Shown here piece by piece: positions 1-14,626 of a stretch of DNA of 64,000 nt. The position numbers were made by a program, and so were the translations under genes. Position 1 is the first letter of the stretch. Each line of letters starts with the position of its first letter. The notes under the pieces are model-generated. The model ran no database searches. It was not told the DNA's origin and saw only the letters and a program-made list of their open reading frames with translations. Origin of the DNA: Felis catus. Its lineage: Eukaryota. Location of the stretch: positions 105,216,001 to 105,280,000 of the forward strand of contig NC_058368.1 of assembly GCF_018350175.1 (NCBI RefSeq), in the 5' to 3' direction.

Positions 1-185
1 TTCCAAGTGATCCAAAAATGAAAATCCTTTCTTTCATTTGCAAAATGTGTAATTCTATATATATTCATCTTTACATAGAACTATGATTTTTCACTAGTTA
101 AATAAAAAATGAGTTATTATAGATAACTAATATTAGCAGTTCATAAACTCAACTCAGCACATTGGTATAATTTAAGAAAGGAGGT

Positions 186-308
186 GAGGCACCTGGGTGG
201 CTCAGTTTGTTGAGCATCCAACTCTTGACTTTGGCTCAGGTCATGATCCCAGGGCGTGAAATGGAGCCTGGCCGGTTTTGCGCTGAGCGTGCGTGGAACC
301 TGCTTAAG

Positions 309-348
<40 letters not shown>

Positions 349-394
349 CCTCTCTCCTACCTCTCTAGAAAATGAAATAAAATAAATAAATAAA
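186..394 (+). mobile_element. CAN-SINE (SINEC)
   Basis: tRNA-derived head, (CT)n, A-rich tail. Exact 19-bp TSD ATAATTTAAGAAAGGAGGT at 167-185 and 395-413. Confidence 0.93.
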
Positions 395-1355
395 ATAATT
401 TAAGAAAGGAGGTACTTTATAAGTAGTCTGTTACTGGAAAGCTACTGGTATGCATGAAAACAGTCAGGATGCTTTGTCCTCAGAACTTTGTTAATCTTGT
501 GGCTGATTTTTGGTTTTTGATGGTTGCTTTTTTTTTTTTTTGCTTTGTAGTTAGAAATTGATATTGATTTATCTTTATCATTTTCAATTTACTGAACATT
601 TTTTTGGTTATTGAAGATCATTTGGTTGGAGATAATTTGCTTATTATTTGATAACAAGTATTTGCATTAGTGGTATTTTCGGCTTACAACATCTTTTAAA
701 GAGATAGTTACGAAAATATGTGCAAGTTAAGGTTTAAATAAGAATCATCCAGGTCACTAATGCTAAAGAAGATGGATATAACCCGCACACCACCACTTTA
801 GCCAACATTCACCAAATGGCTAATAACATATACATTGTTTGGTAGATGCACTAATTGAATTTATACAGATGAGTGAGTTTCAATATACTATCAAGATAAA
901 TGTGATAAAATGGATTTTTTGTTTTGTTTAGGGGGCATTGTTTTATAGCACACATGTATAAGCTCAAGCTGAAAATTGTTCTTTTTTTGTTATCAAGGAG
1001 TTATTTTCAGTTGAAAAGGAGGAAGCAACCAGGTAGATGGACTAGAAATTTTAGCTTCTCTCTATCCTCCATCATTAAAGTGGGCCATGATTAAAAAAAA
1101 AAAAAGTGGAAGAACCACTTTTCTGAATCCTTCTTTCAACCACAGCACACCCTGAAATGTATTAAAGTCACAGACGTGTAACCATGAGCCTTTTCCTTTT
1201 TTATCAAGGACATCATCAGATTGCCAAAGAGCATTTTAGCATAGGTGAAATCAAGTAAGTTGCAAAATTCTTCTCTTCTTTTGGTTGCCCTGTGCCCAAA
1301 CTGTGTGTCTTCTGAAAGTCATTCTCCTTGGGGAGTTTTGGCCCATAGTAATCAT

Positions 1356-1830
1356 TTTTTTAGCACAGGTGACACACAGTGTGACATTCATTTAAGGCAT
1401 ACAACATATTTGTCCAACAAGTTTAAACATTATGCTATGCTATGCTCACCACAAGTATACCTCCCATATGTCACCATCCATTGCTATTACGATATTACTG
1501 ACTATATTGTCTATGCTGTGTCTTTTATGCCTGTGACTTACCCATTCCATACCTAGAAGCCTGAAACTGCCACTCCCCTTCACTTCTTTTTGCCCACGCT
1601 CCTACCACCATCACCTCTGGCAACCATCAGTTTGTTCTCTGTGTTTACAGGTCTGATTCATTTTGTTTATTCATTTGTTATGTTCTTTTTTTTAGATTCC
1701 ACATATGGGTAAAATCATATAGTATTTGTTTTTCTCACTCTGACTTATTTCACTCGGTATAATACCCTCTAGGTCCACCCTGTTGTTGTAAATGGCAAGA
1801 TTACATCTTTTTTATGGCTGTGTAAGACTC

Positions 1831-1879
<49 letters not shown>

Positions 1880-3518
1880 TTCCTTATCCATTCACCTATT
1901 GATGGACTATTAGGCTGCTTCCATAGCTTGGCTATTGTATGCAATGCTGCAATAGACAGAGGTGTGCATATATCATTTCAAATTAGTATTTCACTTTCTT
2001 TGATAAATATTAAGGAGAATTATTGAATCATATGGTAGTTCTATTTTCAGTTTTGTTGAGGAAACTCCATATTGTTTTCCACATTGGCTGTACCAATTTA
2101 TATTTCCACCAACAGTGTGTGAACATTCCTTTTCCTCCGCATCTTCCCCAATGCCTGTTATTTCTTGTCTTTTTTGATTCTAGCCATTCCGGCAAGTATA
2201 AGACAGATATCTCATTGTTGTTTTGATTTGTGTTTCCTGATGATTAGTGATGTTGAGCACCTTTTCTTGTCTGTTGGCCATCTGTATATCTTCTTTGGAA
2301 ATATGTCTATTTAGGGCCTTTTCCCATTTTTTAATCAAGTTGTTTATTTATTTTTGGTGTTGAGTTGTATAAAGTCTTCATATATTTTGGATGTTAACCC
2401 ATTATTGGATATATTATTTGAAAATACCTTATCCTTTCAGAAGGTTGCCTTTTTGTTTATTGATGGTTTCCATCACTGTGCAAAAGCTTTTTATTTTGAT
2501 GTACCCCAATAGCTTATTTTTGCTTTTGTTTCCCTTGCCGTAGGGGACATATTTAGAAAAATGTGGCTATGGTCAATGTCAGAGAAATTACTGTTTGTTC
2601 TTTTCTAGGATTTTTATGGATTCAGGTCTCACATATTGGTCTTTAATCCATTTTGAGGGTGTGTGTGGGGGGGTTTTAGAGAGTGGTCTACTTTTATTCT
2701 TTTACATGTAGCTGTACAGTTTTCCTAGCACAGTTTATTGAAGACACTGTCTTTTCCCCAGTGTGTATCTTGCTTCCTTTGTCATAAATTAATTGACTAT
2801 GTAATAGTGGGTTTATTTTGGGGCTCTTTATTCTATGTGTCTATTTTTGTGTTAGTCCCACGCTGCTTTACTACAGCTTTGCAGTATGTCTTGAAATCTA
2901 AGACTGATATCTCCAGCTTTGTTTTTCCTTCTCAAGAGTTCTTTGGCTATTTGGGGTTTTTGTGGTTGCATACAAATTTTATTATTATATGTTCTAGTTT
3001 GTGAAAAATGGTGGTGTTATTTTGACAGGGATTGTATTGAATCTATAGATTGATTTGGGTAATATGGACATTTTAGCAATATTAATCCTTGTAATCTACA
3101 AACATGGAAGATTTTTCCATTTGTTTGTGCAATCTTCAGTTTCTTTCCTCAGGGCTTTATAGTTTTCAGAGTACAAGTCTTTTACCTCTTTGGTTAAATT
3201 TATTCCTAGGTATTTTATTCTTTTTGGTGCAATTATCAATACAATTGTTACTCTAATTTCTCTTTCTGCTACTTCATAATTAGTATATAGAAACATTACC
3301 AATCTCTGGGTGTTAATTTTGTATCCTACAACTTTACTGAATTCATTTATTATTGCTCGTGGTTTTTTGGTGGCATCTTTAGAGTTTTCTATGTATAGTA
3401 TCATGTCATCTGCAAATAGTGACAGGTTAACTTGTTCTTTACCAATATGGATGCCTCGAATTTATTTTTCTTGTCTGACTGCTGTGTCTAGGGTTTCCAA
3501 TACTATGTTGAACAAAAA
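1356..3518 (-). mobile_element. 5'-truncated carnivore L1 (ORF2 3' part + 3'UTR)
   Basis: Minus-strand ORF 3096-3404 is L1 ORF2 ([10 protein letters not shown]...[21 protein letters not shown]). 18-bp TSD with 2 mismatches: TTGGCCCATAGTAATCAT (1338-1355) / TTGGCCCACGGTAATCAT (3519-3536). Confidence 0.93.
1833..1878. repeat. (GT)23 microsatellite within an L1
   Basis: Perfect dinucleotide run. Confidence 0.97.
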
Positions 3519-3548
3519 TTGGCCCACGGTAATCATGAACTGAATTTT

Positions 3549-3741
3549 GTTTTTAAAATTTTCTGGCATTTATTTGTTTTTGAAGGAGAGAGAGACTGAA
3601 CAGGGTAAGGGCAGAGAGAGAGAGAGACGGAGAATCTGAAGCAGGGTCCAGGCTCTGAGCTGTCAGCACAGAGCCCCATGTGGGGCCCAAACACAAGAGC
3701 TGAAGTCAGATGCCCAAGAGAATGAGCCACCCAGGGGCCCC
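3549..3741 (-). mobile_element. CAN-SINE with internal deletion
   Basis: Reverse-oriented head GAGCCACCCAGGGGCCCC and (GA)n. Degenerate TSD ATGAACTGAATTTT / ATGGACTTAATTTT. Confidence 0.88.
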
Positions 3742-5249
3742 ATGGACTTAATTTTTTAATGACCTTCGAGATAAGTTCCTTTTACTAGAGAACAAGAATA
3801 AAGACTGCTTCTCAGGATTTTTTTTACCTTTTACGTCCTGATGACATCTCAGTGACAACTTTAAGGAAGTAATATTTTTAAAGAAATATGATAAGTGTAC
3901 TTTTGTAAAGATAATTTGAAATCAAATATTAAAATATTTATATTCATTTTTAAGATATGGTGAATCAAGGTAAAATAGAAAGGCTGAATACATCATTATT
4001 AGTGAGGTGGATGAACAGAGTCACCTATGCAGTCTCTCCAAGGCCTGTGCTCCAAGATGTTGGCAAGGGTAGAGGCAAGATATGTGTGGGGCTGGGAAGC
4101 TCCACAAAGTAAGCCATAAAATTTCCTCAGGTGCAAAGCCTTTTCCAGGAAAGTCAATTTTTTCCTTCATTTCTTCTAAGAAAGAAGGTACCAGGTACCA
4201 CCTACCGATTTGGTCTGTCAAGATGCTGGATTCTGGTAGTAAACTTCAAAGAGTAATTTTTAGTGCTTTCAGTTTTTGAGGCCCAACAGAATAGTCACTG
4301 TGTCCTTTGGGAATAAATCCTGAAAGAAGAAAATGTTGCCCTGAAGTTCTTTCCACTTCAGATGTTGTTAACGCAGCATCTACAAACTCAGTTTCAGTTT
4401 AGGAAAATTTTATCTTTCTACTGGTGAATGATTAGCCTCAAGTCTTGGAGTTGTCCGACGGTTTAAAACTTTGATTTAGACTGGCATAGTTTACTGTGTT
4501 TTTAAACGCAGAACCTTTCTGTTCTTAAATATTTAATCAGGGTAAAAGAATTAGGTGTGGTCAGCAGAAGAGAGCCTTGTGCTGGTAATTGTCATTAATG
4601 CTGGCAAGTTTCCCTGCACTGGACACAGCTGTGCAAGACACAAGGCCTGTCTTAAAATACTGGACCAACATATAAATGTCAACACAATAAAGGATAAAGG
4701 GATTCTTGCCTCCAACTTGATCTTTCTCTCAGATTGTAACTTCTTACTCCTTCAGAGTAATCCCCACTGCTCCAGACAGAAAAACAAGAGGTGTGTATAT
4801 ACCTTTATAATCAAGTCATTTTAAAATGTCTACCCATTCCTTTTTTCGAGAAATTTAAAGTATCCTTCACCTTCTATACATGAACTTTGGAAAAGGCTTC
4901 ACTTCTCTTGGGTAATTAGAAACCACTGGGAAAAACACATTACACTGGAGAAGAACAATGAGTCACGGCACTTACTTATTTGCTCTATTATTAAGTAACA
5001 GAAATGGCCTAATGAGTCAACGTTTTGATGCATTTGGAGTCAGTGCCGTTTAACTTTCCTTCCCTATCATCATACTATCCTTGAGAGTTGTAGGAGGAAT
5101 TGGGTAAAGGTTCACTTAAGGTAACTTTTGGATTTTTAAGCATATTTGAATAATCGCTTATATTAATTAGTAAAACATTCAAACAAAAAGTGAAAATAAT
5201 AGGTCCATCAGAAAGAGTGTAATCTCTGTTTACTGATTAATTTTTATCT

Positions 5250-5800
5250 CTTCATTTCATAAATACTTACTAATCATCTATTACGTGGAGGCTCTGTGCA
5301 CATACAACAATGAACAACATAAAAACTGCCTTGGTTTTCTGGCACTTTCAGACTGGTGGAAGACACAATTAAGACATTTTCAATGCAGTGAAAAACGGTA
5401 AGATAGGGTAAATATGCATCTTTGTGACAACATCCGAGAAGAACCCTTAACTGAGGCTGAGGGCAGGTGAGAGTTTTCCCGGAAGAAATGTCCTAACAAT
5501 TGAGATCCAAAGTGTACATAGAAATATAGGTGAGACAGACTATCATGCAGATAGGTATGATGTTCATTTCTTCAAAAAGGACAATGGTCATTTTCTGGAA
5601 TAGAAAGGTGTCCAGAAATAAGGCCAAAGGCTGGCAAGAACCGTTGGTAGCTACTGAATGGCTTTAGACATAATCAGACCAATATTTTAGAAATGTCAAA
5701 CTAGGGGCAGTGTAGAAAGTGAACTGGAGAATCCGGCCCAAAGATGGAAGCTAATGGTCTTCCTCGGACAGGAGCCATGGGGATCAAAAATGGAGGCAAC
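5250..5800 (-). mobile_element. Ancient L2 3' fragment (approximate bounds)
   Basis: TTCATTTCATAAATACTTACTAATCATCTATTACGTG... resembles the reverse L2 3' end. Confidence 0.5.
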
Positions 5801-7104
5801 ATAGGTTGGACCGTGAGAGACTGGAAATGTACAGAAGGCACACAGGAGAAAATGGTACAAAGTGAGAGCTTGGGCAAGGAACTAGCAGCTGGTAACAGTC
5901 ACTGGAGGAGGAAGCTGTTGATGAACAGGTTGGGGGCAAGATGATTAACTTGATTTTAAACACACTGCCTTTGATTTTCCTGTGGACATGTAAAATGCAC
6001 ATGGTTAAGATTGAAGTTGAGAAAGCAGGTCTAAGGTGAAAAATGAGAACAGGCCTGGAAACAGTTTTAACCGCTAGTAATCAAAATGAGAAATTTAGAT
6101 CCTCTTTTTATATGTATTTTTAGAATTGTCTTATGGTAGTTAACTTTATAAACTTCTGAATCTGCAAAGAAGAAAACAATCTCCCACCTTTGTCCTTCAA
6201 ATATCTGTGACAGCACTATAATTTCTCGTGAGTTTATTTGTTTATTTTTAACATTATTGCTGTAACCAAAGAGAAAAAACAGCAGGGAACAAGAGAGACT
6301 GCTATAGGAGAACTAGGTGAAAAACAGCTACCCTGTGAGATGTATTTTAAAAATATAAAAAACGAAATATTTCCAATTTCATAAAATATTTGCAATAAAA
6401 ATTATATGCACGAAAGAAGTACAATATTTTACTGGGTTTTTATTCTTCAGTTTTTTAAAGGTTACTCTACTTCTCAGATTAATAATTTTCAGAATCAGTG
6501 CTTTGTATCTTTGTCCATTTCTGTGGTGGTGACTAAACCTACTTAAGGAGGGTAGCAGTAGCCTTTCTGTAGCCCTCACAACAGTTTACGAATGATAACT
6601 CAGACACAAACGGGGATCTGTGGCAACGGAGAATAACATATTGGTGGCTTGACTAGAATCATGAAAAAATGGACTTTCTTCTCAGGACATTACTCATTTC
6701 CTTGAAAAATTTTAAATTTACATTGTGAAGTGGAATGAAAAATAAACTATGAATTTGTATCTCTCATCTACCTTTGATTCACTCCAAATTTAAAAACTCA
6801 AACAGTTTTTAAAGCAGTTTACAATGTCAGATAAGTAATATATTCTATATAGCAAAGAAACAAAAACCAAAAAACTGCTCATATGCAAAAGATACACAGG
6901 TGCCTTCTGCATTCTCAAGAAAATAAAGGATTCTTTTAGTGCGCTTGTATGTTTAGTCTTGTTGAATTTTTTTTTTTCCCAAGAGTTTGGTAGATACATT
7001 CTTGTCTTGACCAGGCCGCTAATGCCACTAAAGAAAGTGACATCTGGCAAGGGTTTTCATTTATTACTACAGAGACTGAACAAAAGGGGTGATTAGTTTG
7101 AGTA

Positions 7105-7487
7105 ATACTTTGCTAAGGCTCCCATTTAAAAAGAAAATGCCACAGACTGGGTGGCTTAGACAACAGAAGTTTATTTTCCCATGGTTCTGGAGGTTAAAAG
7201 TCCAAGATCAAGGTGGCATACAGTTGGTTTCTCCTGAGGTCTCTCTCTTTGTCTTGCATTGGTCACCTTCTCACTGTGTCCTCATATTGTCTTTCTTTTT
7301 CACAAATGCATGTTCTTATAAGAACACCAGGCAGACTGGGTTGGGGTCTACCCTAATGGTCTCATTTAGCTCAATTACCTCTTTGAAGATCTCATTTTAA
7401 GCCTCAATCCAGTTACATTCTGAGATACTGAGAAGATTAGGACTTCAACATAAGAATTTTGGGAAGATAGATTTGAGCCCATAATAC
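7105..7487 (-). mobile_element. MaLR solo LTR (MLT1A/B-like)
   Basis: Characteristic CCACAGACTGGGTGGCTTAGACAACAGAAGTTTATT...GTTCTGGAGG...AAGTCCAAGATCAAGGTG and GGACTTCAACATAAGAATTTTGGG motifs. Confidence 0.8.
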
Positions 7488-7604
7488 CTTGTTTGCCTCC
7501 AATTCTCAGGCAGAGGAGTAAGAACACCAACAGGCAAGAAGAAATGAACACTGTTTCCTCCTATGCCTGTAACTTTACAATCCAAAAATTAACCAAAAAG
7601 ATTC

Positions 7605-7840
7605 TTTTTAAAACTTTTGTTAATATTTATTATTTATTTTTGAGAGAGACAGAGAGAGACAGAGAGGGAGAGAGAAAGTTGGGGAGGGGCAGAGAGAGAG
7701 GGAGACACACAGAATTCAGAGCAGGTTCCAGGCTCTGAGCTGTCAGCACAGAGCCCAGTGTAGGACTCCAACTCATGTACCATGAGATCAAGACCTAAGC
7801 CAAAGTCAGACACTTAACCAACTAAGCCACTCAGTCTCCC
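7605..7840 (-). mobile_element. CAN-SINE
   Basis: TTTATTTATTTTTGAGAGAG...GGCTCTGAGCTGTCAGCACAGAGCCC...CTAAGCCAC. Confidence 0.9.
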
Positions 7841-8360
7841 ATAAAAACATTTGTCTTTGTGGAAAAGTAAAACTTTAAATTTATATAAATACAGAATGCT
7901 AAATGACAGCTTAAGGACATGGTTTGGCAACCTATGGAAATCATATTAGAGTATCTGTTAATGTACGGTTTTCAGCAAACTCACCAAGCAAGCTTGGCAA
8001 AGAGGCAAAACCTCCAGGGCTGGTGAGTTGTTTACATTTAGTAATGAGGGATGTCACTTCTAAAATTGTACAAACTGGACCTCATGTTTTTTGTAAAAGC
8101 ACTAAAAACTTTCTAAATCTCATTGACAGTTTGGAAGGTAAGTCCTAACAGCAAAATAAATATTTTTCACCTAAAACTTCTATTATTTCTTATGTCCCAA
8201 AGTTTTTTTATTTCTTGTCCTGTCAAATATTAAGAAATGCTATTTTTTTCAAGTTCACAAGTATTTAGCACTAAATGCAGTTAAATAGGAAATAAGTTTA
8301 AAATAAAATCTGTAATTATGTAAGAAATCATGCTTTCAAATTAAAAAATATTGTGCATGC

Positions 8361-8588
8361 GGGACGCCTGGGTGGCGCAGTCGGTTAAGCGTCCGACTTC
8401 AGCCAGGTCACGATCTCGCGGTCCGTGAGTTCGAGCCCCGCGTCAGGCTCTGGGCTGATGGCTCAGAGCCTGGAGCCTGTTTCCGATTCTGTGTCTCCCT
8501 CTCTCTCTGCCCCTCCCCCGTTCATGCTCTGTCTCTCTCTGTCCCAAAAATAAATAAACGTTGAAAAAAAAAAAAAAGAAAGAAAAGA
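8361..8588 (+). mobile_element. Young felid SINE (SINEC_Fc-type)
   Basis: CpG-intact head GGTGGCGCAGTCGGTTAAGCGTCCGACTTCAGCCAGGTCACGATCTCGCGG. Exact 18-bp TSD AAAAAATATTGTGCATGC at 8343-8360 and 8589-8606. Confidence 0.96.
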
Positions 8589-10718
8589 AAAAAATATTGT
8601 GCATGCATTTGTGTATGTGTGTGTGTGTATGTCTTCAATCATGGAATGAGCAAATAATGTTGCATGTGAGGCATTTTTACAGTAAGAGCTTTCTCACATA
8701 CCTTTCTTCTCATCAAAATCAACACTCCTATATTGTGTGCATGTGCATGGTTTTTGGACAGTTACTAGAAAATAATCAGATAATGCCAATAAGGAAAATA
8801 TTTAGTGAGTATTTATCACTGATTATGACATAATGATTTTTAAGAATCTTGGAAATAAAAAAATAACTATGTAAAAGTACTTCCTAGTGGTAGAATTTCA
8901 AATATTATGGCATACTGGAGGAAATTCTATCTTTGGTGTCCTCCCTCTGTCAGTGACACCTGTCAAAGCTTCAAGTTTCCTAGTGCTCCAATGAAGATTT
9001 CCCTTCATTACAAAAGGATATTGAATTAGTAAAGATGGGCATTATCAAATAAGTAGATACTTAGTCCACCTATCTTAGTAGTAACTCTCCTAGCATATTC
9101 TAAGGCAAAGACGTAGTCTGTCAACCACAATGACCCAGGGCTTTCAGCATTTGTAGATGACATACTGGATAAGGAAATCTCCCAAGCTGCTGTACAGAAG
9201 TTGAAATGTTGGGTAATATTTAACAATCTCCCCACCCTCGCAAAAGGGTTTAAATACATAGTCTAGATTGAAACCAAAAGAGGGAAATTCTCAGATACCA
9301 GACATGCTGAGTGCCTCAAAATAAGAATGCTAAGTTGGAGTCAATGCCAAGAGGCTTAAGGGAAATGAGGAATAAGTTATCGATTAATGGCTAAGGACTT
9401 GGATTACATGGGGAAGGGACACTAGACCGCGGAATCCTGGGAGCAGGGACCTGTAACTAGGCTTCCTGCATAAAGCTAGAAGTCAAGTAATACTGTTTAA
9501 TAAATGAAATGGAAACAAGGAATTCCTGGAATAACTAGAAGGAAGTTTGCTATTTACCCACTGCTGTGTGTTGAAATATAACCAACCACAAGAAATTGAA
9601 AACCTAAGCCTAACAGAGTTCAAGGATAGAGGTCTGAATTCATGTGATACAGAAGGTACTAAATCTTCAAACTGAGAAATTAACATAAAAAATTTACGAG
9701 AGATCAGCGCAAATAGGACTGCCCTGGGCTGAACCCCATGGAAGAAGAGTTTATAAGTGAAAAAAAATGACCACCTCTATGAATAAATTAACCATATAAG
9801 AATGAGTTAAAAAACAAATGAAAGATTTATATAATACATTGGTAACGGAGAAAATGAAACAATTTTAAAGGGACTTCCAAGTATTTACAATGTTCAGAAA
9901 GAAAGAAAGCTGTACGACAAAAACAGGGTGGTATAAAAAAGAAGAGGAAGACTTGAAACATAACAGAAAGTCTAGAAATAAAAACAGTTATTATAATTTC
10001 TAAAGTTCGAAAGGGCAAATTTAATAGTAGAGTAATATAATTAGATTAAGTGAATTAGAAAGAAATCCAGGAGAATCATGCAAAATCCTTCACAGAGGAA
10101 TAAGTAAATGAAAAAATATAAAAGAGAATTTAAGATATAAGGCAAAAAGAATGAAAGAGCTCACAGCATTTAAAGAGAGTAGAGAAGCAATATTCAAAGT
10201 AACAACGCATGGGAATATCTTAGCATATAAGAAATGTGTACATCTCCAAATTAAAAGATTTCGTCAAGTTTTTGGCCAGAAAATATGGAAGTCCCCATTG
10301 TAGTGGCATGCCAAAAGATAATAAGGTGATCTTTTAACATATCAATGTCAAAAAGAGAAAATCTCAAAAGCCACCAGAAAGAAAAGATATATTGCCTGCA
10401 AAGAAACAAACTGATAGCAGACTATTCATCAATGACTATTGTAAGAAAACAATGGGAAAAAAATCCTTAAAGGGCCAAGAGAAAATAATTGTCATCTCCA
10501 AATTCCAGACACAACTCAATTATCACTCAAGTGAAAGTGAAATAAACAAGATAAATGGAATCAGAAAGATTATGTAATTTTCCCATGGAAAGAACTTCTC
10601 AAGTTCCACCTCAAGAAGAAAACTAAATCAAGAAAGCAGTAGCTGAATGAAAACATGAATGGTGACAGACATGATTTTGGCATATACAATTTAGTACCGA
10701 CTGTTGAAAAATGTTTTT

Positions 10719-10915
10719 TTTTTAATGCTTTTTTATTTATTTTCAGAGAGAGGGAGTGGGGAAGGGGCAGAGAGAAAGGAAGAGAGAGAATTTCAAGTAG
10801 GCTCAAAACTTAGTGCAGATCCCAACATGGGGCTTGATCTCATGATCCTGAGATCATGACCTGAGCTGAAATCAAGAGTCAGATGCTTAACCAACTGAGC
10901 CACCCAGACACCTCT
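10719..10915 (-). mobile_element. CAN-SINE
   Basis: Reverse SINE body. TSD AAAAATGTTTTT at 10707-10718 and 10916-10927. Confidence 0.9.
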
Positions 10916-12014
10916 AAAAATGTTTTTCATTAGACTAATTTAGAGAGCTTTAACAGCGAGCTACTACTCCTTTTTATACCACCACCCCCCCCCCCCAGAA
11001 TGGCTAAAATTAAACAGATCAACATCAAGTATTGACCAAAAATAAAAAGTAACTAAGACTCTTAAACACTCCTGTAGGCAAGTAAATTAAAACCATCACT
11101 TTGAAAAGTGAACTTAAGCATTCCTTGTGACCCAGCAAATCCATTGTGCTAGAATATATCAAGAGAAGGAATTTTAACCAGAAGGAATGTCCTAGAATGT
11201 TCACAGAAGCTCTATTTATAATATCCCTACTGGAACTTCACAAAAACATATAACAGGATAATGGATAAATAATTTCTATATCCATATGATGGAATATTAA
11301 ACAGTAGTAAGAATGAACAAAAATATAGCCAGCATGCAACAATACCCAAGAGCCTCACAAATATAATGCTGAGCAAAAGAAGTCAGACACAAAAACATAC
11401 ATCCTGTGTGATTACATTTAGTCAAATGTAAAATCAGGCAAAATCAACTTCTGATATTAGTTCAGACAGTAGTTCTACTTGAAGGAAGAAATATCTGAAA
11501 GATGGTATGAGGGGGGCTTCTAGAATAATGGAGATATTCTACAACTCAGGGTGGAGTCCAATGAGTTGCACAGTTGCACTCAGTTTGTGAAACCACTAGG
11601 CAACATACTAATAAAATACATACTTTTCTTCCACACAGTTTTCTGCAATAAAAAAAAATAAATAAAAGGATAGGAGCTCTTACAGATGACTTACTTACTT
11701 CAAATGGGGAAAAAAGACATTTACAGTAATGCTATATCTGGAAAACACCACTTTGGCCAAGTATATGATCCAGTCTAGCAATATGAGTAATTGGACTATA
11801 TGTTATTATGTGCCTCCTGATAGAAAATACAAAACTTTATGTATATAGTCTTCTGGTCCAAAATGCTTAATCTAATCATGAGGAAAAATAAATGAGTCCT
11901 GACTGTCTGACATTATACAAGCCAATTATCTCAAACTCTTGAAAAATGTCAAGATTATGAAAGAAAATAAAACAGGGACTGCTCCAGATTAAAGCAAACT
12001 AAATAAATATGACA

Positions 12015-12139
12015 GGGCACCTGGGTGGCTCAGTTGGTTAAGCATCAGACACCTGATTTTGGCTCAGGTCATGATCTTATGGTTGTTGAGATCAAGCCCC
12101 GCATCGTGCTCTGCACTGATGGCATGGAGCCTGCTTGGG

Positions 12140-12175
<36 letters not shown>

Positions 12176-12255
12176 TTTCTCTCTCCCTCTCTTGCTGCCC
12201 CTCCCACATGCTCACAAGCGCTCTCTCTCAAAATAAACCAACATTAAAAACAAGG
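12015..12255 (+). mobile_element. CAN-SINE inserted in an old L1 3' end
   Basis: GGGCACCTGGGTGGCTCAGTTGGTTAAGC head. TSD AAATATGACA at 12005-12014 and 12256-12265. Confidence 0.92.
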
Positions 12256-13364
12256 AAATATGACAACAAAATCCAGGGTATGATCCTTGAAATGATGCTG
12301 GGTTTAGAAAAGAAAATGTTATAATGGCTATTTCCAGAGCCAGGGGAGAAATTAGAATATGGACTGGATAGTGGATGATATTCCTACATCGCTATGAATT
12401 TCCTGGATGTGAGGGCAGCTTTGTGATCATACAGAAGGTTGTTTTCTGAGGAGATGCTTGCTGAAGTTTGTGTGAGGAGTATTCCATGATGTGAGCAACA
12501 TACTTGAGAGAGAAAGTCTAGGTGGCAAAATGCTAACTTCTGAATCTACGTGAAGAGTATATGGTGGTTATGGCACTTTTCTTTGAACTTTTCTGCAGGT
12601 TTGACATCGGTCAAAATAAAAAGTTGGGGACGTAGTGAACCAAGATGTACTATCATTTTATACAATCTGAACACGAAAGGTTGTAGGCGCTGGGGTGAGA
12701 GTTGGGTTCGAGAATCCTAATGTGCTCATAACATTTGGAATGTGACATAAAGAAAGCAATAGACTTTGTTAGCTTAGGTAAATGTGTTTTAAAAAATAAG
12801 AGTTAAAAGGAAAATAGAGAAACTGCTGAACTAGTAACAAGACAAAAAAAGTGAGAGATGAGAGAGAATCTCATGAGAGAATTCTGAGAGGAAAAAAAAG
12901 AGGGAGAAAAAAGAAATAAATAAACTCAACCAATCCAGCATAAGGCCTGAAACGACAACAGGAAAAAAGAGAAGCAAAGATAAAGTAGTAGAAAATATCA
13001 AATAAGATGAGACAAACAAGTCCAAATATAAATCACAATAAATGGCAAACATATTAACGTCAGTATGAAATGTCAGAGATGAACAGACTGGATTTAAAAA
13101 TATAAAACCCAGCTCTGTACAGCTCACCTGATACACACTTAAAGCAAAATAGCATGGAATAAGTAAATATAAAGAAATATATAAAAAAATACTAGGCAAA
13201 GATAAAACCACAAACTGTAACTGGATAATAGTAATAATGAGAAGAAACAAAATGGAACTTAAGGCAGAAAGTTTTGATACTGAAAGAAAAAGACAGTGCA
13301 TAATGATAAACCATCTTCCAAGAAGATCTTAACACCCAATGAACACGAACAGTCTTTCACTGTG

Positions 13365-13406
<42 letters not shown>

Positions 13407-13560
13407 TGTGTATACTGATAGAATTACAAAGAAAAAGAGATAAATTCACTATTACAGTTGGGTATTTCAATACACTTCTTTCAGAAACAATGGGTAAATC
13501 AGAAAAAAATGTTAGAAAGAGTACAAAACATTTCAAAAATATGACTGACACACTTTTTCT

Positions 13561-13780
13561 TTCTTTTTCTTTTTTAATGTTTATTTTTATTTTCGAGAGA
13601 CAGAGAAAGACAGAGCCCAAGCAGGGGATGGGTAGAGGGAGAGGGAGACACAGAATCTGAAACAGGCTCCAGGCTCTGAGCTGTCAGCATAGAGCCTGAT
13701 GGGCTCAAACCCACCAACCACGAGATCATGACCTGAGCCGAAGTCGGATGCTTAACCAACTGAGCCACCCAGATGCCCCA
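13561..13780 (-). mobile_element. CAN-SINE
   Basis: TSD ACACACTTTTTCT at 13548-13560 and 13781-13793. Confidence 0.92.
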
Positions 13781-14626
13781 ACACACTTTTTCTAATATGT
13801 AGAACTCTGCATCTATAAATTAGCAAAAGTATTTCAAACATGCACAAAACATTTTGAAAAAGTGGCTAATGTTCCAATGATTCAGTTGTCATGTAGGCTA
13901 TGATCTCACTGAAATGGAATTAAATTCAAATATATTAATAAAAAAAAGTTAAAAACAAATTTGAAAACTAACCACACACACACATGCACATTGACATCAC
14001 ACACTCACTTCCTCCTCATCAACATAGGAGATTAAAATAAATCACAGAAGACACAAAACACTTAGAAAATTATTAATGTAAGAATAGTATACTTAACAAC
14101 CCATGAATATAACTTAAAGTGATATTTAGAAGGAAAATCATAACTTTAACTCTTTATTTCTTAAAAACTAAAAATAATATCAGTTAACTTTTAATATTAA
14201 AATGCTAGGTAAAGAATAAAATTGTAAATTCCAGTAAAGAGAAGGAATCAAATAAAAAATAGAAAAAAAATGTGAACTCCTACATGTCAATTTTTTCTTA
14301 AAGAAAAAGACAACAAAATCAGCAAAGGTATGAAAAAAATTACAAGTAAAACTGAATGGCCAATAAATATATGAAAATATCTTTAATCTCACTAGTAATT
14401 AGGAAAATAAAAATTAATACAATAAGATACAATTTCATCCTCATGTGATTGGATAAAATAGAAAAAGCATCAGATATTGGAGAGGTTGTGACAAACCCAA
14501 CATCTCACAAAATGCTGGCAAGAGTTTACATTGGTGTATTCATGCTAGAAGCATCAGGCAATACCTAATACAGATGAAAATGCCTATGTCCAAGTCCCTC
14601 CCATTACACTTCCGGGTATATTTCTT

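Noticed and set aside
12831..13301. 156-aa hydrophobic 'membrane protein' ORF
   Set aside because: It is the antisense reading of A-rich degenerate L1 sequence, which gives F/L/S/I-rich frames.
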